Under the pieces are notes generated by a model. The model had not been told where the DNA came from and ran no database searches. It was given only the letters and a program-made list of their open reading frames with translations. From Macrostomum hystrix (taxonomy: Eukaryota; Animalia; Platyhelminthes), in NCBI GenBank assembly GCA_950097015.1, contig CATNEN010000032.1:682001-746000 (forward strand): a DNA stretch of 64,000 bases. Reading direction: 5' to 3'. Positions 1 through 11,770 of the stretch are shown piece by piece; position 1 is the first letter of the stretch; every line of letters begins with the position of its first letter. The translations under genes and the position numbers were made by a program.

Positions 1-420
1 CATCAGCATGGCTAAACTAGAGTTTGAATAATGGCTACACCAGAGTTTGAATCAAGGCTAAACCAGAGTCTGAATCATGGCTAAACCAGAGTTTGAATCA
101 TGGCTAAACCAGACTTTGAATCATAGCCAACCAGAGTTTGAATCTTGGCTAAACCAGAGTTTCAATCATGGCTAACCCAGCGTTTGAATCATGGCTAAAC
201 CAGAGTTTGAATCATGGCAAAAACCGAGTTTCAATCATGGCTAACCCAGCGTTTGAATCATGGCTAAACCAGAGTTTGAATCTTGGCTAAACCAGAGTTT
301 GAATCATAGCCAACCAGAGTCTGAATCATGGCAAAACGAGAGTTTGAATCATAGCCCACCAGGGTTTAAAACATGGCGAAACCTGAGTTTGAATCTTGGC
401 TAACCCAGCGTTTGAAAAAT
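1..420. repeat. Degenerate ~23-bp minisatellite (ggctaaaccagagtttgaatcat)n
   Basis: Unit visibly reiterated from the window start to ~420 with point variants. Confidence 0.9.
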
Positions 421-424
421 CAAC

Positions 425-585
425 GTCAACTGGGGAGTCATCATCAAAATGGGGATCATGGTGAACTGGGGGATCTTTGTCAACTGGGGGATCATTGTCA
501 ACTGGGGGTTCATTGTCAACTGGGGGTTCATTGTCAACTGGGGGATCATTGTCAACTGGGGGATCATTGTCAACTGGGGGTTCAT
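425..585. repeat. 18-bp minisatellite (gtcaactgggggatcatt)n
   Basis: About 9 copies. It explains the periodic ORFs 373..606 and 400..585. Confidence 0.9.
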
Positions 586-1171
586 AGTAGCTTTAAAAAG
601 CTGTAAATTCAGCTTCTAAAAAGTCTATACTAGACGAATTAAAAGTATTTCTGCTCCCCGAAGGGGGGCAAATCTTGCTAGTCTTTACTAATTATTAACC
701 AAGTGTATAACTTTACGCATATGCATTTATCTAAGATAACTTTTTTGTCAGAGGCCAAAGGGAAAAATTCTAAATAATAAGGTTGGTTGTCTAACGATTT
801 AAAAATAAATAAGCTTTGACGAATATATACTTTTCGATACATGTCGGATTGTGGAGTTTTATATGATTTGTCAGGCAATTTGATATGCCTGGGCAAGCAT
901 TTTAGAACTTATGACAATTGAAAATTGCGGATTAATCTACAAAACATTTAGTTTCAGTAATGCAGATTTACATATTAAAGTTGTGATTAATAAGCCTATC
1001 TAAAGTGTTTTAATCAAACCGAGGCAGAGGGCAATAAGGCGCGTAAATACATTGATCATAATTTCTGTAGCTTACTAGTAGCGATGCCAGCTTAAAATTT
1101 TTAGGCCTGACCAAAAGGATGTATTTTCTAACCAAAAAATAGATTATAAGTCCATTTAGGATTTTGGGCAC

Positions 1172-1177
1172 AAAAAA
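1172..1177 (-). terminator. Pol III T6 terminator of the tRNA-Lys gene
   Basis: aaaaaa on + (TTTTTT on -), 3 nt downstream of the tRNA 3' end. Confidence 0.85.
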
Positions 1178-1180
1178 GTT

Positions 1181-1253
1181 CGCCCGATGTGGGGCTCGAA
1201 CCCACGACCCTGGGATTAAGAGTCCCATGCTCTACCGACTGAGCTAACCGGGC
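1181..1253 (-). tRNA. tRNA-Lys (anticodon CTT)
   Basis: Reverse complement reads GCCCGGTTAGCTCAGTCGGTAGAGCATGGGACTCTTAATCCCAGGGTCGTGGGTTCGAGCCCCACATCGGGCG: 73 nt, full cloverleaf, A and B boxes, anticodon loop CT-CTT-AA. Confidence 0.98.
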
Positions 1254-2022
1254 TTCAACATTTACAATGATTTTGCTACAATTTATTCAAATAACTGTGC
1301 AAGAAGTTTAAAAATTTAGCTTACCCTTACATGCTGGCTGCTGCCATCGCCAAGCTCCAAGCTCAAGTAATAGCCAGGACTTATAAATATAGGTAGAGGC
1401 GAGCTAAAAGAAAGTTCTAGTTGAGACTTGAGTACATCCCTTGTAAAGCAAGGCAGCGCGGAAAGAAAGCGGGGGTTGTTGAATGTATTTCATTCTCTCC
1501 TTCATCGAATGCACGCAAAAAATTACAGTATTGCACTTGATACATAAATATGGCCTCTCCAATCTCAAAGCACACTGTCAGTGCTTAAATTGCGCTGCGA
1601 CAGGTTAAATATAAGTAGGCACATGCGCAATCTAGTATATAGAATTCCCTCTCTATGGAAACCCTAGCTAGCTCGTTGCACACACTGTACAATACAAAAG
1701 CCTGCTTGCATTTTCACAATACAACACAATTATTAGCTTCGTCATTGCCTAAAGACGGAATGTTAGAAAAGCCTTGGGTTTTATGGGTTATGAATGAAAA
1801 TAATTATATAATGTATAATTCGGTCGCAGCATTCAGAGCTAAAACGCACTGATTTGATATCAAGTTTGATACAGAGCAAAAACATTCAAAGCACGTCTAG
1901 TTTATATCGCAAAAGGTAATAAAACTCAAACTTCAGCATGCGGTAACGCATTTACCACACAGATCACAAGATCCATTTTGATTACAGCGAGTCACAAAAA
2001 TTTAATTCAAAGTTTTTAAGCC

Positions 2023-3822
2023 ATGAAAAGCCAGTTAAATAAATCACAATTTGTCACTGCGTCCTTGATGCTGACTCTGCAGCTTTCAACGGCCCTATCA
2101 GCGACCACTGAGTTTCAGTGCCGAGACGCAGATGGCACGCCACTGGACTGGTTCGCGCTGCTCAAGCAGCCAGAGAGCTCAGAGTACGCATTTGTCAGCT
2201 CCAGCAATCCGAACTCGTGGACTCAGCCGGATGACTCAGACTTGACCAAAAGCGGTCCCGTGTTTGCCACCGTCAGCCAGGCGCTGTCCGGCTCGCCTGC
2301 TGCCGGCTCCGCCGACGTCCTTGCGGCATATAATGATGAGCCACCACCAGGGATCGATAAGTCATCATCGAGTCCATTGAGCAGCATCATCTCTGGCCAC
2401 ATGAAGGGCCTCGTAGCTCTGACGGCTGGTCGGCGAGGCTTCTGGTTGATCCACAGCGTTCCGAATTTCCCAGACATTAGCCTTGAGCATTTCAACTATG
2501 CAACCAAAGGCTTAAAGTACGGCCAGAGCTTTCTTTGCCTGACTGTCAACAGCTCGGCGGTGGCTGAAGACATCGGCAAGCAGCTGTTCGCCTCGCACCC
2601 CGATCTCTACAGCATCAGCGTGAGCGCCACCGCCGCCGCGACCTGGCCCAGCTGGGTCGACCTGAAGAAGAAAAAGACTCCACCGACAAGTCTGCTCAAC
2701 TCCACAGTCAGGTTGATGACTTCGGGCGGTCTCTCTGTACTCCATCTGGCCAAGTCTCCTCACCTGAAACAGGACCTGTATGCGTATCTGCTGGCTGATC
2801 AGCTGAACTCCAGCATCCAGGTGAGCGTGCATCCTTGCGTGCATCAAGTTTTTAAAAAATACTTTTGCGTGAGTGGCAACTATATTTCGTAAAGTTGTAA
2901 CAAAATTAATTACACGATTTGTTTTATAAAAGTTGATATATATGATCGACTAGGTGGTTAATTATTTGACTATTATGTCGGCAGGTGGAAACGTGGCAGC
3001 ACGGAGAGCGACTGTTGAACTCGACCTGCGGCAGGCGCTACAATGTCACAAAGGTGCTGCGGGTTCGCATCGGAAACAAGCAGCTGGCCGAGTTTCCATC
3101 AACCAGCGACCACTCGAAGTGGTGCGTAACAGTCGGAGCAGGCGGCTGGCCGCACGTGTGCATCGGCGACATGAACCGGGCGGAGACGCAGTTCCGGCGA
3201 GGCGGCGGCATCGCGTGCGTCGGCCTTCCAGCGCTGCACAGACTGTTCAAAGCGGCCGCGCTCAGTGACCAGGTAGTTTTAGTTGCACTTTTGGAACCTA
3301 CAAAATCTATTAAAACCTATGTCATTCTCAAGCAGAATTAACCTTTTAAGGTACAGAGGTGCAGTTTGTTTATCTCCCATTTCACTTTTTACCGATATTT
3401 GTCTTTTATTTGATTGGTTGATCTTAGAGAATATATATTCAACCTTCTTAGACACCTCAATCTATTTTAGATGACGTACAAAGAGGCAAGTTTCTATGCT
3501 AATTCCAATCCAATCAGCTTGCTTCGCTTATTTTGTATCATGTTCTTCTACTATTTAAGGAATATTTTGAGCATTAATTTGACTAAACCTTTCGCAGGCC
3601 TGCAACAGAGGGAACAGCGACTTTAAAGTGAGCAGCGTTTTCACTCAGCTGCTGCTGGTTTTTTACAACTGGGCCATTGTGGCAGTGCTGTGCGCTGCTG
3701 CCTGCACGATTCTCTTAGCGGACCTGCTCATCTGCCTGGTCCAGGCTCGAGCAAGGCGGCTTCAGAAGGGAGCGGTACGACCTTCCAGCACCTTCGGGGG
3801 CTGGGGATATCGGGTCCTGTGA
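2023..3822 (+). CDS. DNASE2: Deoxyribonuclease II family protein, paralogue A, with predicted C-terminal TM helix and GYRVL tail
   Basis: Exons 2023-2820, 2985-3272, 3598-3822, with GT-AG phase-0 introns that keep frame. Signal peptide, CRD..G.P.DWF..LK.P N-terminus, two HxK motifs (GHMKG, DHSKW), WLIHSVP.FP, YGQSFLC and CIGDMNR...Q.RRGGG are typical of DNase II. Confidence 0.92.
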
Positions 3823-4716
3823 CAGCTGACATTGTCTAGCTGTAATTACCGAATACAACCCCATGGAATTCTTTTAATATAGCTACGCGATACACAATGT
3901 ATAATTATGTAATCCATTTGGAATGTTAAGCTGTGGCGGCATTATAGCCAGTAGCCAGTACATACCGTAAACAATATAAAGAACTAGTTATTCGAGAATC
4001 AGTCGAGAACACGGCAAATATTTATCTTGTATATAAGCGGATCATTTCGTAGGATTTATTTCAAAACAGGTTGCTTGTATCATGCAGCCTCAAAAATATT
4101 TCTGGTTGGACGGGATAGGACATTGTATCGGACCCAGCGATCTAGATGTAATTGCCTGTACTTATGTTGTATGATTGCAGAATCAAATATCCAAGCTGAT
4201 ATCCAATCCATCGCTTTTAAAAAAATCTAAATACAAAGCCCTCCAATTACAAATATCTCGATATTTTTTTAACCATACTTTCCCTCAATTCATGAGTAGA
4301 GTTTCGCTTTGATACATGCTGCTTTATGGTGAAGTTTTTTACTAATTCATACATTCTTACAAGAATGATGGTGTGAGGAACTGGATGCAACTTTTGGAAT
4401 GCGCTTTGGATACTTCGCTTGTTGCATGGAAGCTGATAGCTGCGAGCGATAATCAGTGTCCTTTAAGTTACTGCCACTAAAACACGCTCGTACTAGTGCT
4501 TATACGTTAGCGCAGAAAAAACAGAAACTACTAACTCAAGGACCATCAGTAGTTACTTAGGCTCACTTAAATAGTCCTTGTATATGTATAGTAGTCTATT
4601 CAGATTTTATTGAATGGGCATTCTGTTGTTTCAGGGATTGTTGTGCAAAAATTCGAAACTGCTTCAGGCATCGGGGATGACCATATCAAGGATCTAGATT
4701 GAACTCACCGCTGATG

Positions 4717-5819
4717 GAATTCAGAGTGAGCTCTCGTTTCACGAACTCGGGGTAAGCTCTCGTATCATGAATTCGGAGTGAGCTCTCGTATCATGAATTC
4801 GGAGTGAGCTCTCGTATCATGAATTCGGAGTGAGCTCTCGCATCATGAATTCGGAGTGAGCTCTCGTATCATGAATTCGGAGTGAGCTCTCGTATCATGA
4901 ATTCGGAGTGAGCTCTCGTATCATGAATTCGGAGTGAGCTCTTGTTTGATTTACTCAGAGTGAGCTCTCGTTTCACGAACTCGGGGTAAGCTCTCGTATC
5001 ATGAATTCGGAGTGAGCTCTCGTATCATGAATTCGGAGTGAGCTCTCGTATCATGAATTCGGAGTGAGCTCTCGTATCATGAATTCGGAGTGAGCTCTTG
5101 TTTGATTTACTCAGAGTGAGCTCTCGTTTCACGAACTCGGGGTAAGCTCTCGTATCATGAATTCGGTGTGAGCTCTTGTATCATGAATTCGGAGTGAGCT
5201 CTTGTATCATGAATTCGGAGTGAGCTCTTGTATCATGAATTCGGAGTGAGCTCTCGTATCATGAATTCGGAGTGAGCTCTCGTATCATGAATTCGGAGTG
5301 AGCTCTCGTATCATGAATTCGGAGTGAGCTCTCGTATCATGAATTCGGAGTGAGCTCTCGTATCATGAATTCGGAGTGAGCTCTCGTTTGACTTACTCAG
5401 AGTGAGCTCTCGTATGAATTCGGAGTGAGCTCTCGTATGAATTCGGAGTGAGCTCTCGTATGAATTCGGAGTGAGCTCTCGTATGAATTCGGAGTGAGCT
5501 CTCGTATGAATTCGGAGTGAGCTCTCGTTTGACTTACTCAGAGTGAGCTCTCGTATGAATTCGGAGTGAGCTCTCGTATGAATTCGGAGTGAGCTCTCGT
5601 ATGAATTCGGAGTGAGCTCTCGTATGAATTCGGAGTGAGCTCTCGTATGAATTCGGAGTGAGCTCTCGTATGAATTCGGAGTGAGCTCTCGTATGAATTC
5701 GGAGTGAGCTCTCGTATCATGAATTCGGAGTGAGCTTTCGTATCATGATTTCGGAGTGAGCTCTCGTTTGACTTACTCAGAGTGAGCTCTCGTATCATGA
5801 ATTCAGTGTAAGCTCTCGT
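4717..5819. repeat. 26/23-bp minisatellite (ggagtgagctctcgtat[cat]gaattc)n
   Basis: More than 40 units; the 26-bp form switches to a 23-bp form after ~5400; periodic gtttgatttactcag variant units. Confidence 0.95.
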
Positions 5820-5959
5820 CTCGAGAAATAAGAGTTCACAATACCTACAGTTAATAACGGATAGTTGCCCAGGATTTGCCCTGGATCTAAGAATAAATCT
5901 GAAGGCAGACTTTCGAAAGCAGTCGAAGATGAATACGATTTAAATTTTTTACTGCCTTC

Positions 5960-8200
5960 TGAAGTCACCAACGACGCAGCTGTTCACTTAGACGGGTCAG
6001 GCCAGCGTGGCGAAAGAGAGCCGCGTTACTGATTCGCTCTTCGCTGGTCTTGAGGGTGGCGAGCGGCGGTGTGTACTGCGTTTATATGCTGTTCGAGCGA
6101 GTCCGTCAGCGTCCCGGTCTCGGTGTTGTACAGCAGGACGGTCTCAACAACCGCCTGGAACAGCGCCGCCCTCTGGCGATCAGGTAGGGCCTCGGACTGC
6201 AGGATCGCCCTCACAGAACGAAAGGCAGCCCAAGCAAGCGCCCGGCGACGCTGCAGATCTTCGCGGACGTCTATTACCAGACCACCGGGGTAGACGAACA
6301 ACTGAAAGCGCGGAAGCTCCGTCGCCTGGCCGTCAGCACCTCGGCAGAATATTTTTATCGATGTCGCCTCGATGTCGCCCTGCACGCAGAGCACGACGGT
6401 CTTCCCCGTATTGAACACCAGGCCGACGCTTTACTAGCTGGCGCTGGGCGGCCTTTACGGTTGAGGACAGCCGGGCGAGGTGATCGGCGAAGCCACGCAC
6501 GCTGAGCCGTCTTTCCGCTTGACGTCCACCCACGCGTCGGTGCAGAACGAAACCATCTTCGTCGTCGGTAAGCAGAGCATTATGAAGCACCCAGTCAAGC
6601 ACAAGGATGAACAGGAACGGCGCTAGCGTGTCCCCTTGGAGCACCGCGGAGGATGCATCTAAGGAGTTTGACAGGCCGTCCGACATCATCGCAGCTGCTC
6701 GATCGTAGCACAGTACAACGCCATGATGGCGGAGATCAGCTGCTCTGGCACATGATACGCACGGAGCACATGTAGGAGCGCAGCCCTCGCTACCGAGTCA
6801 ACGCCTTCATGAATTCAATAAAGACGACAAGCAGATCCAACTGGCGCGTACGCGCCTCCTCGATGATGCGGCGAATCTGCGTCGCTGTGCCGCGGTGGGG
6901 CCCAAACCCCTTCTGCTCATCCAGCACGGGTTACAACCGCGATAGCAGCATCCGCTTGAACGAATTCACGGCGCAGGATTGCAGATTTCTACGTGCTGGC
7001 TACCACACAGTGAATGCCCAGCGCCTCGAGGGCGGCTCGTCCGGACCCAGTGCTTTGCCGCTCGGTGTCTTCTGGGCGAGCATCACTACATCGGCAATGG
7101 TGACTGGCGCCACACTGAAGCTCTCCTGCTGCCGCTGCAGATCGACTGTCGCCAGAGCCTTCAGCTCGCGAGTAGGTTGCCTGCTCAGACGGAGCCTCTC
7201 CGCTTCTCCCTCGCTTGCTGAATCGCGAGGTACGAGCGCGGCGGCTCGTACTGCGGCACTCACGTCCACGTACTCAGCGCCTCCACGCTTGCCGCCGAGC
7301 GCAGTGATGAAAGCCCTAGCAAATCAGCGGTGCGTCCCGGCGTCTTTGAGGGCGCGGTAGTAACACCGCGGTGACCGCTTCGGCGGACGGTAGAGCGAAT
7401 CGCGTCGTTCGAGGTCGCAGACGAGGAGCTGATGACCGGACTGCAGAGCCAGCGACGTGATGGCGCGGCAGTTGAAAATTGCAGTTCCAGTTCTCGGAAG
7501 CACACGAGCACGTGGTCTAGCTGTGCCAGCCTCCTCGTAGCAAACCGGCCGCGCGCATTCCGCTGCCTCCGCTTGCAGCCCACGAAAGTCGCAAGCCTGC
7601 TGGGTGGCTTGCGGAAGCGGGTGTTGGCCGATATCCTGCCGCTCCTGGTAGTCTTCTAGCGCTTGAGTGTTACCGTTCTCGTGGGGCGTCACAAACAGGG
7701 ACCGCTCGGACCTGCGTGGAATTGCGTTTAGGTCTCTGAGGACGACCATTGTGTCGCGCTGCGCCGTTTCCTCCATGCGCACAGACAGCTGCTCGAAGAA
7801 GTTCTGAGCCCCATCCGGGAGGGTGGCAGGGGGTGCGACAACACAGAACAGGCGAGCTTTCCGGCCGCGAAGCTGGACGTCTACCGGAAGGATCCGGGGG
7901 GACTCGGCTCTGATAGACACCTCTTGACTCCTGAAGTGCGATGGCGTCACAGCTGAGGTCGAGCGCTAGCTTCGCCAGCAACCCTATCCACCAGGCGGCC
8001 TTGAGAGTGCAACAGCTCAGCGTCCGGACTCGAAGTGTGCGCTGTGGTAGAGCTGGGGCTCAGTGTAGGTGAGTCTCACGGCGCCACCCGGAATACTCAG
8101 ATGGACTGGCTTGGCAGCAGTGAAGCGCGGTTCACCGTCTTGACGATGAGGAGGTCGCGGCATCTATCTGCTCCGGGGTGCAAAAGATAAAGACTGCAAA
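5960..8200 (-). mobile_element. Decayed non-LTR retrotransposon (APE endonuclease + RT), RTE-like
   Basis: Frameshifted fragments: endonuclease (VVLRDLNA ~ GDLNA, ENG), RT motif VLQGDTLAPFLFILVLDWVL, degenerate FADHL for YADD, and C-terminal VETVLLYN.ET.T. Clade and ends are approximate. Confidence 0.8.
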
Positions 8201-8523
8201 TAGATTTAGACAGTGCTTTTGTGAGCTTCAGTGAATGCACACTCGCAGTATACGACCTACACTTCAAACGTGACAGTCTTGTTACATCTTTGAAACATTC
8301 GAGAATTCAAATTGTGCAAGCAGTCATTGTCGCAATTTGCGTGAAACTGCGAAATTAAAGGCTGTACAAACAGATCAAATCTCTAAAATTCAACAGCCCA
8401 CATCGGCCGGCTCGCTAGCCCAGTGCAGTCCTTGGTATGTGTGAATTTAATTGCAAGGCTGCTACAATTCTCTGTAGGTTGATAAGAAGGATACACACAT
8501 AAGCAAAGCCAGCCGCTTGTGAC

Positions 8524-8531
8524 TATAAAAA
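8524..8531 (+). promoter_or_regulatory. Candidate TATA box of DNase II paralogue B
   Basis: tataaaaa ~130 bp upstream of the ATG at 8656. Motif match only. Confidence 0.35.
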
Positions 8532-8655
8532 TAGCCTAGCGTAGAGCAGCGAAAATTAGTAACTGGCACATGAAACTGAAGCGTTTCAAGTCAACAGCTG
8601 CCAGCTCAACCATCCCATCCAATCCAGGCTGTCAAGAAGTGCAGCGCTTGAAATT

Positions 8656-10336
8656 ATGAGAACCCCGACGATGCCATTGTTCATCTCTCTGTTATTGCTG
8701 CTGACTCTGCAGCTTTCATCGGCCCTATCAGCGACCACTGAGTTTCAGTGCCGAGACGCAGATGGTACGCCACTGGACTGGTTCGCGCTGCTCAAGCAGC
8801 CAGAGAGCTCAGAGTACGCATTTGTCAGCTCCAGCAATCCGAACTCGTGGACTCAGCCGGATGACTCAGACTTGACCAAAAGCGGTCCCGTGTTTGCCAC
8901 CGTCAGCCAGGCGCTGTCCGGCTCGCCTGCTGCCGGCTCCGCCGACGTCCTTGCGGCATATAATGATGAGCCACCACCAGGGATCGATAAGTCATCATCG
9001 AGTCCATTGAGCAGCATCATCTCTGGCCACATGAAGGGCCTCGTAGCTCTGACGGCTGGTCGGCGAGGCTTCTGGTTGATCCACAGCGTTCCGAAGTTCC
9101 CAGACATTAGCCTTGAGCATTTCAACTATGCAACCAAAGGCTTAAAGTACGGCCAGAGCTTTCTTTGCCTGACTGTCAACAGCTCGGCGGTGGCTGAAGA
9201 CATCGGCAAGCAGCTGTTCGCCTCGCACCCCGATCTCTACAGCATCAGCGTGAGCGCCACCGCCACCGCGACCTGGCCCAGCTGGGTCGACCTGAAGAAG
9301 AAAAAGACTCCACCGACAAGTCTGCTCAACTCCACAGTCAGGTTGATGACTTCGGGCGGTCTCTCTGTACTCCATCTGGCCAAGTCTCCTCACCTGAAAC
9401 AGGACCTGTATGCGTATCTGCTGGCTGATCAGCTGAACTCCAGCATCCAGGTGAGCGTGCATCCTTGCGTGCATCAAGTTTTTAAAAAATACTTTTGCGT
9501 GAGTGGCAACTATATTTCGTAAAGTTGTAACAAAATTAATTACACGATTTGTTTTATAAAAGTTGATATATATGATCGACTAGGTGGTTAATTATTTGAC
9601 TATTATGTCGGCAGGTGGAAACGTGGCAGCACGGAGAGCGACTGTTGAACTCGACCTGCGGCAGGCGCTACAATGTCACAAAGGTGCTGCGGGTTCGCAT
9701 CGGAAACAAGCAGCTGGCCGAGTTTCCATCAACCAGCGACCACTCGAAGTGGTGCGTAACAGTCGGAGCAGGCGGCCGGCCGCACGTGTGCATCGGCGAC
9801 ATGAACCGGGCGGAGACGCAGTTCCGGCGAGGCGGCGGCATCGCGTGCGTCGGCCTTCCAGCGCTGCACAGACTGTTCAAAGCGGCCGCGCTCAGCGACC
9901 AGGTAGTTTCAGTTGCACTTTTGGAACCTACATGCGCTGCACAACACACTAAACAAATGGATTCGTTCAGTCTATCTTTTTATCAAATTGAAAGCCCTAA
10001 TGTCTGAATGTGTTTTGCATTATTCTAACCGTGACGCACTAGTCCTGTAATTTACCTGGACCTCTCTTTAACTTGACCTAACTTAAGCTAGTACATCTTA
10101 TGAAACCATATTCGCAGGCTTGCAACAGAGCCACCTATGGCTGCCGACTACAAACTCAGGAACTACTGGCGGTCCTGTACAACTGGGTAATGGTGGCGGC
10201 GGTTTGCGCTGTAGTCTGCACCCTGGTGTCCGTGGGCCTGCTTCTGTGGCTGTCGCTGGCTCGAGTTAAGCGGCTTCGGCGCGGTGCGCTGCAACCTTCA
10301 TGTGGTAGAAGGAGTCAGGGATATCGTTTCCTTTGA
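8656..10336 (+). CDS. DNASE2: Deoxyribonuclease II family protein, paralogue B, with predicted C-terminal TM helix and GYRFL tail
   Basis: Exons 8656-9450, 9615-9902, 10118-10336. Same intron positions and phases and same catalytic motifs as paralogue A, with a different signal peptide and a diverged exon 3. Confidence 0.92.
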
Positions 10337-11341
10337 AGGCTGACATGAAGGCGGAACACCCGGTCTGATGCACTATCTGATCACAAAAATGGATTGTGAA
10401 AGCGACCCATAGGAATATGCTGCATGGTTAAGATAATTTTGTACAAATTTAATTGAAATTTTTCACACGCATCCTTAATTTCGCACTGTTACTAAATGTT
10501 TACTCTGCGTGCCTGTCAGTCAGTCATTCGGATTCCGGAACCGTTTTTGATACAGTTCGCTGTTTTGATACAGTTTTGATACAGTTTGATACATCAAACA
10601 TACAATGTTTGATGATGAAATTCACCTGGAAAATGCGCAATTTCTCGTATAATTGTCGATAAATGTTCTAATCTACTCGTGAGCCGCAGCATGCTCGTCT
10701 GATTAACATTTATGACGTAACTTTTACTCTCGTTGAATCTTGCTAAATGAATCAAATATACACAGGGAGTCAGCCGATTCTGATATATCAAAATGCAGAA
10801 AGCTTTGATAAATTCATTTTATGATGCTACAACTGCAGAGCAGTCATACGTGTCACCACTTTCACATCTAAACACTGACGTAAGCCCACGTGAATCTGAT
10901 AATATTGATAGCTGTTCGCAGCGGCGCGAGTAAACATAGACCCATGCTTATCAGACTGGAAGAGCTGCAAACAGCCGGAAATCAGGTTCCAATGAGACCT
11001 GCCTGCGATGCCAAGAATTTTCGTTAGATTAGTATATCGATGCGATATAAACAATGGACTGACTGGCACAAACACAGGAAATTAATAGGGAACTTTCAAT
11101 AGTTTCAGTTCTACAAAGCGGTGAAGTTGTATTGTGTATAATTACATTGTTGCAGCAAGTCGTTTGAATCATCGAAAGTGTAATCGAAATAGACTAGGTA
11201 GATGAATAGCCTATTTCAGCCTCCTAAATAGCTCATAGAATTCAATACGGGCAAGTCGTTCACCAAAATAATTAATGACTAGCTCCGAAATGATTGGATA
11301 ATTAAAAGCCTTTGCCTCTCGCAGAATGGCCACCTGTCCTA

Positions 11342-11770
11342 GAGAATCCACTGTCCCTCCCCAGCCTCAGGACTTTCAGCTATCGAATCCACTGTCCCTC
11401 CCCCAGCCTCAGGACTTTCAGCTAGCGAATCCACTGTCCCTCCCCCAGCCTCAGTACTTTCAGCAAGCGAATCCACTGTCCCTCCCCAGCCTCAGTACTT
11501 TCAGCTAGCGAATCCACTGTCCCTCCACAGCCTCAGGACTTTCAGCTAGCGAATCCACTGTCCCTCCCCAGCCTCAGTACTTTCAGCTAGCGAATCCACT
11601 GTCCCTCCCCCAGCCTCAGGACTTTCAGCTAGCGAATCCACTGTCCCTCCACAGCCTCAGGACTTTCAGCTAGCGAATCCACTGTCCCTCCCCAGCCTCA
11701 GTACTTTCCGCTAGCGAATCCACTGTCCCTCCCCAGCCTCAGTACTTTCCGCTAGCGAATCCACTGTCCA
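11342..11770. repeat. 42-bp minisatellite (gaatccactgtccctcccccagcctcaggactttcagctagc)n
   Basis: About 10 copies visible. Confidence 0.92.

Noticed and set aside
373-606. Periodic ORFs (also 5538..5798, 11326..11508, 22920..23324, 28782..29345, 50549..50893)
   Set aside because: They are translations of stop-free minisatellite frames, with no domain content or splice context.
2821-2892. Ends of ORFs 2023..2892 and 8656..9522 (VSVHPCV...) as real C-termini
   Set aside because: They are read-through into intron 1. The second HxK motif is in the next exon.
4717-5819. CRISPR-like array (also 12781-13836, 24404-25320)
   Set aside because: Units are head-to-tail with no unique spacers, there are no cas genes, and the context is eukaryotic.
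2023-10336. DNase II duplication as an uncollapsed haplotype artefact
   Set aside because: The signal peptides, intron 2, exon 3 and flanks are far too different to be alleles. Only the central tract is near-identical.
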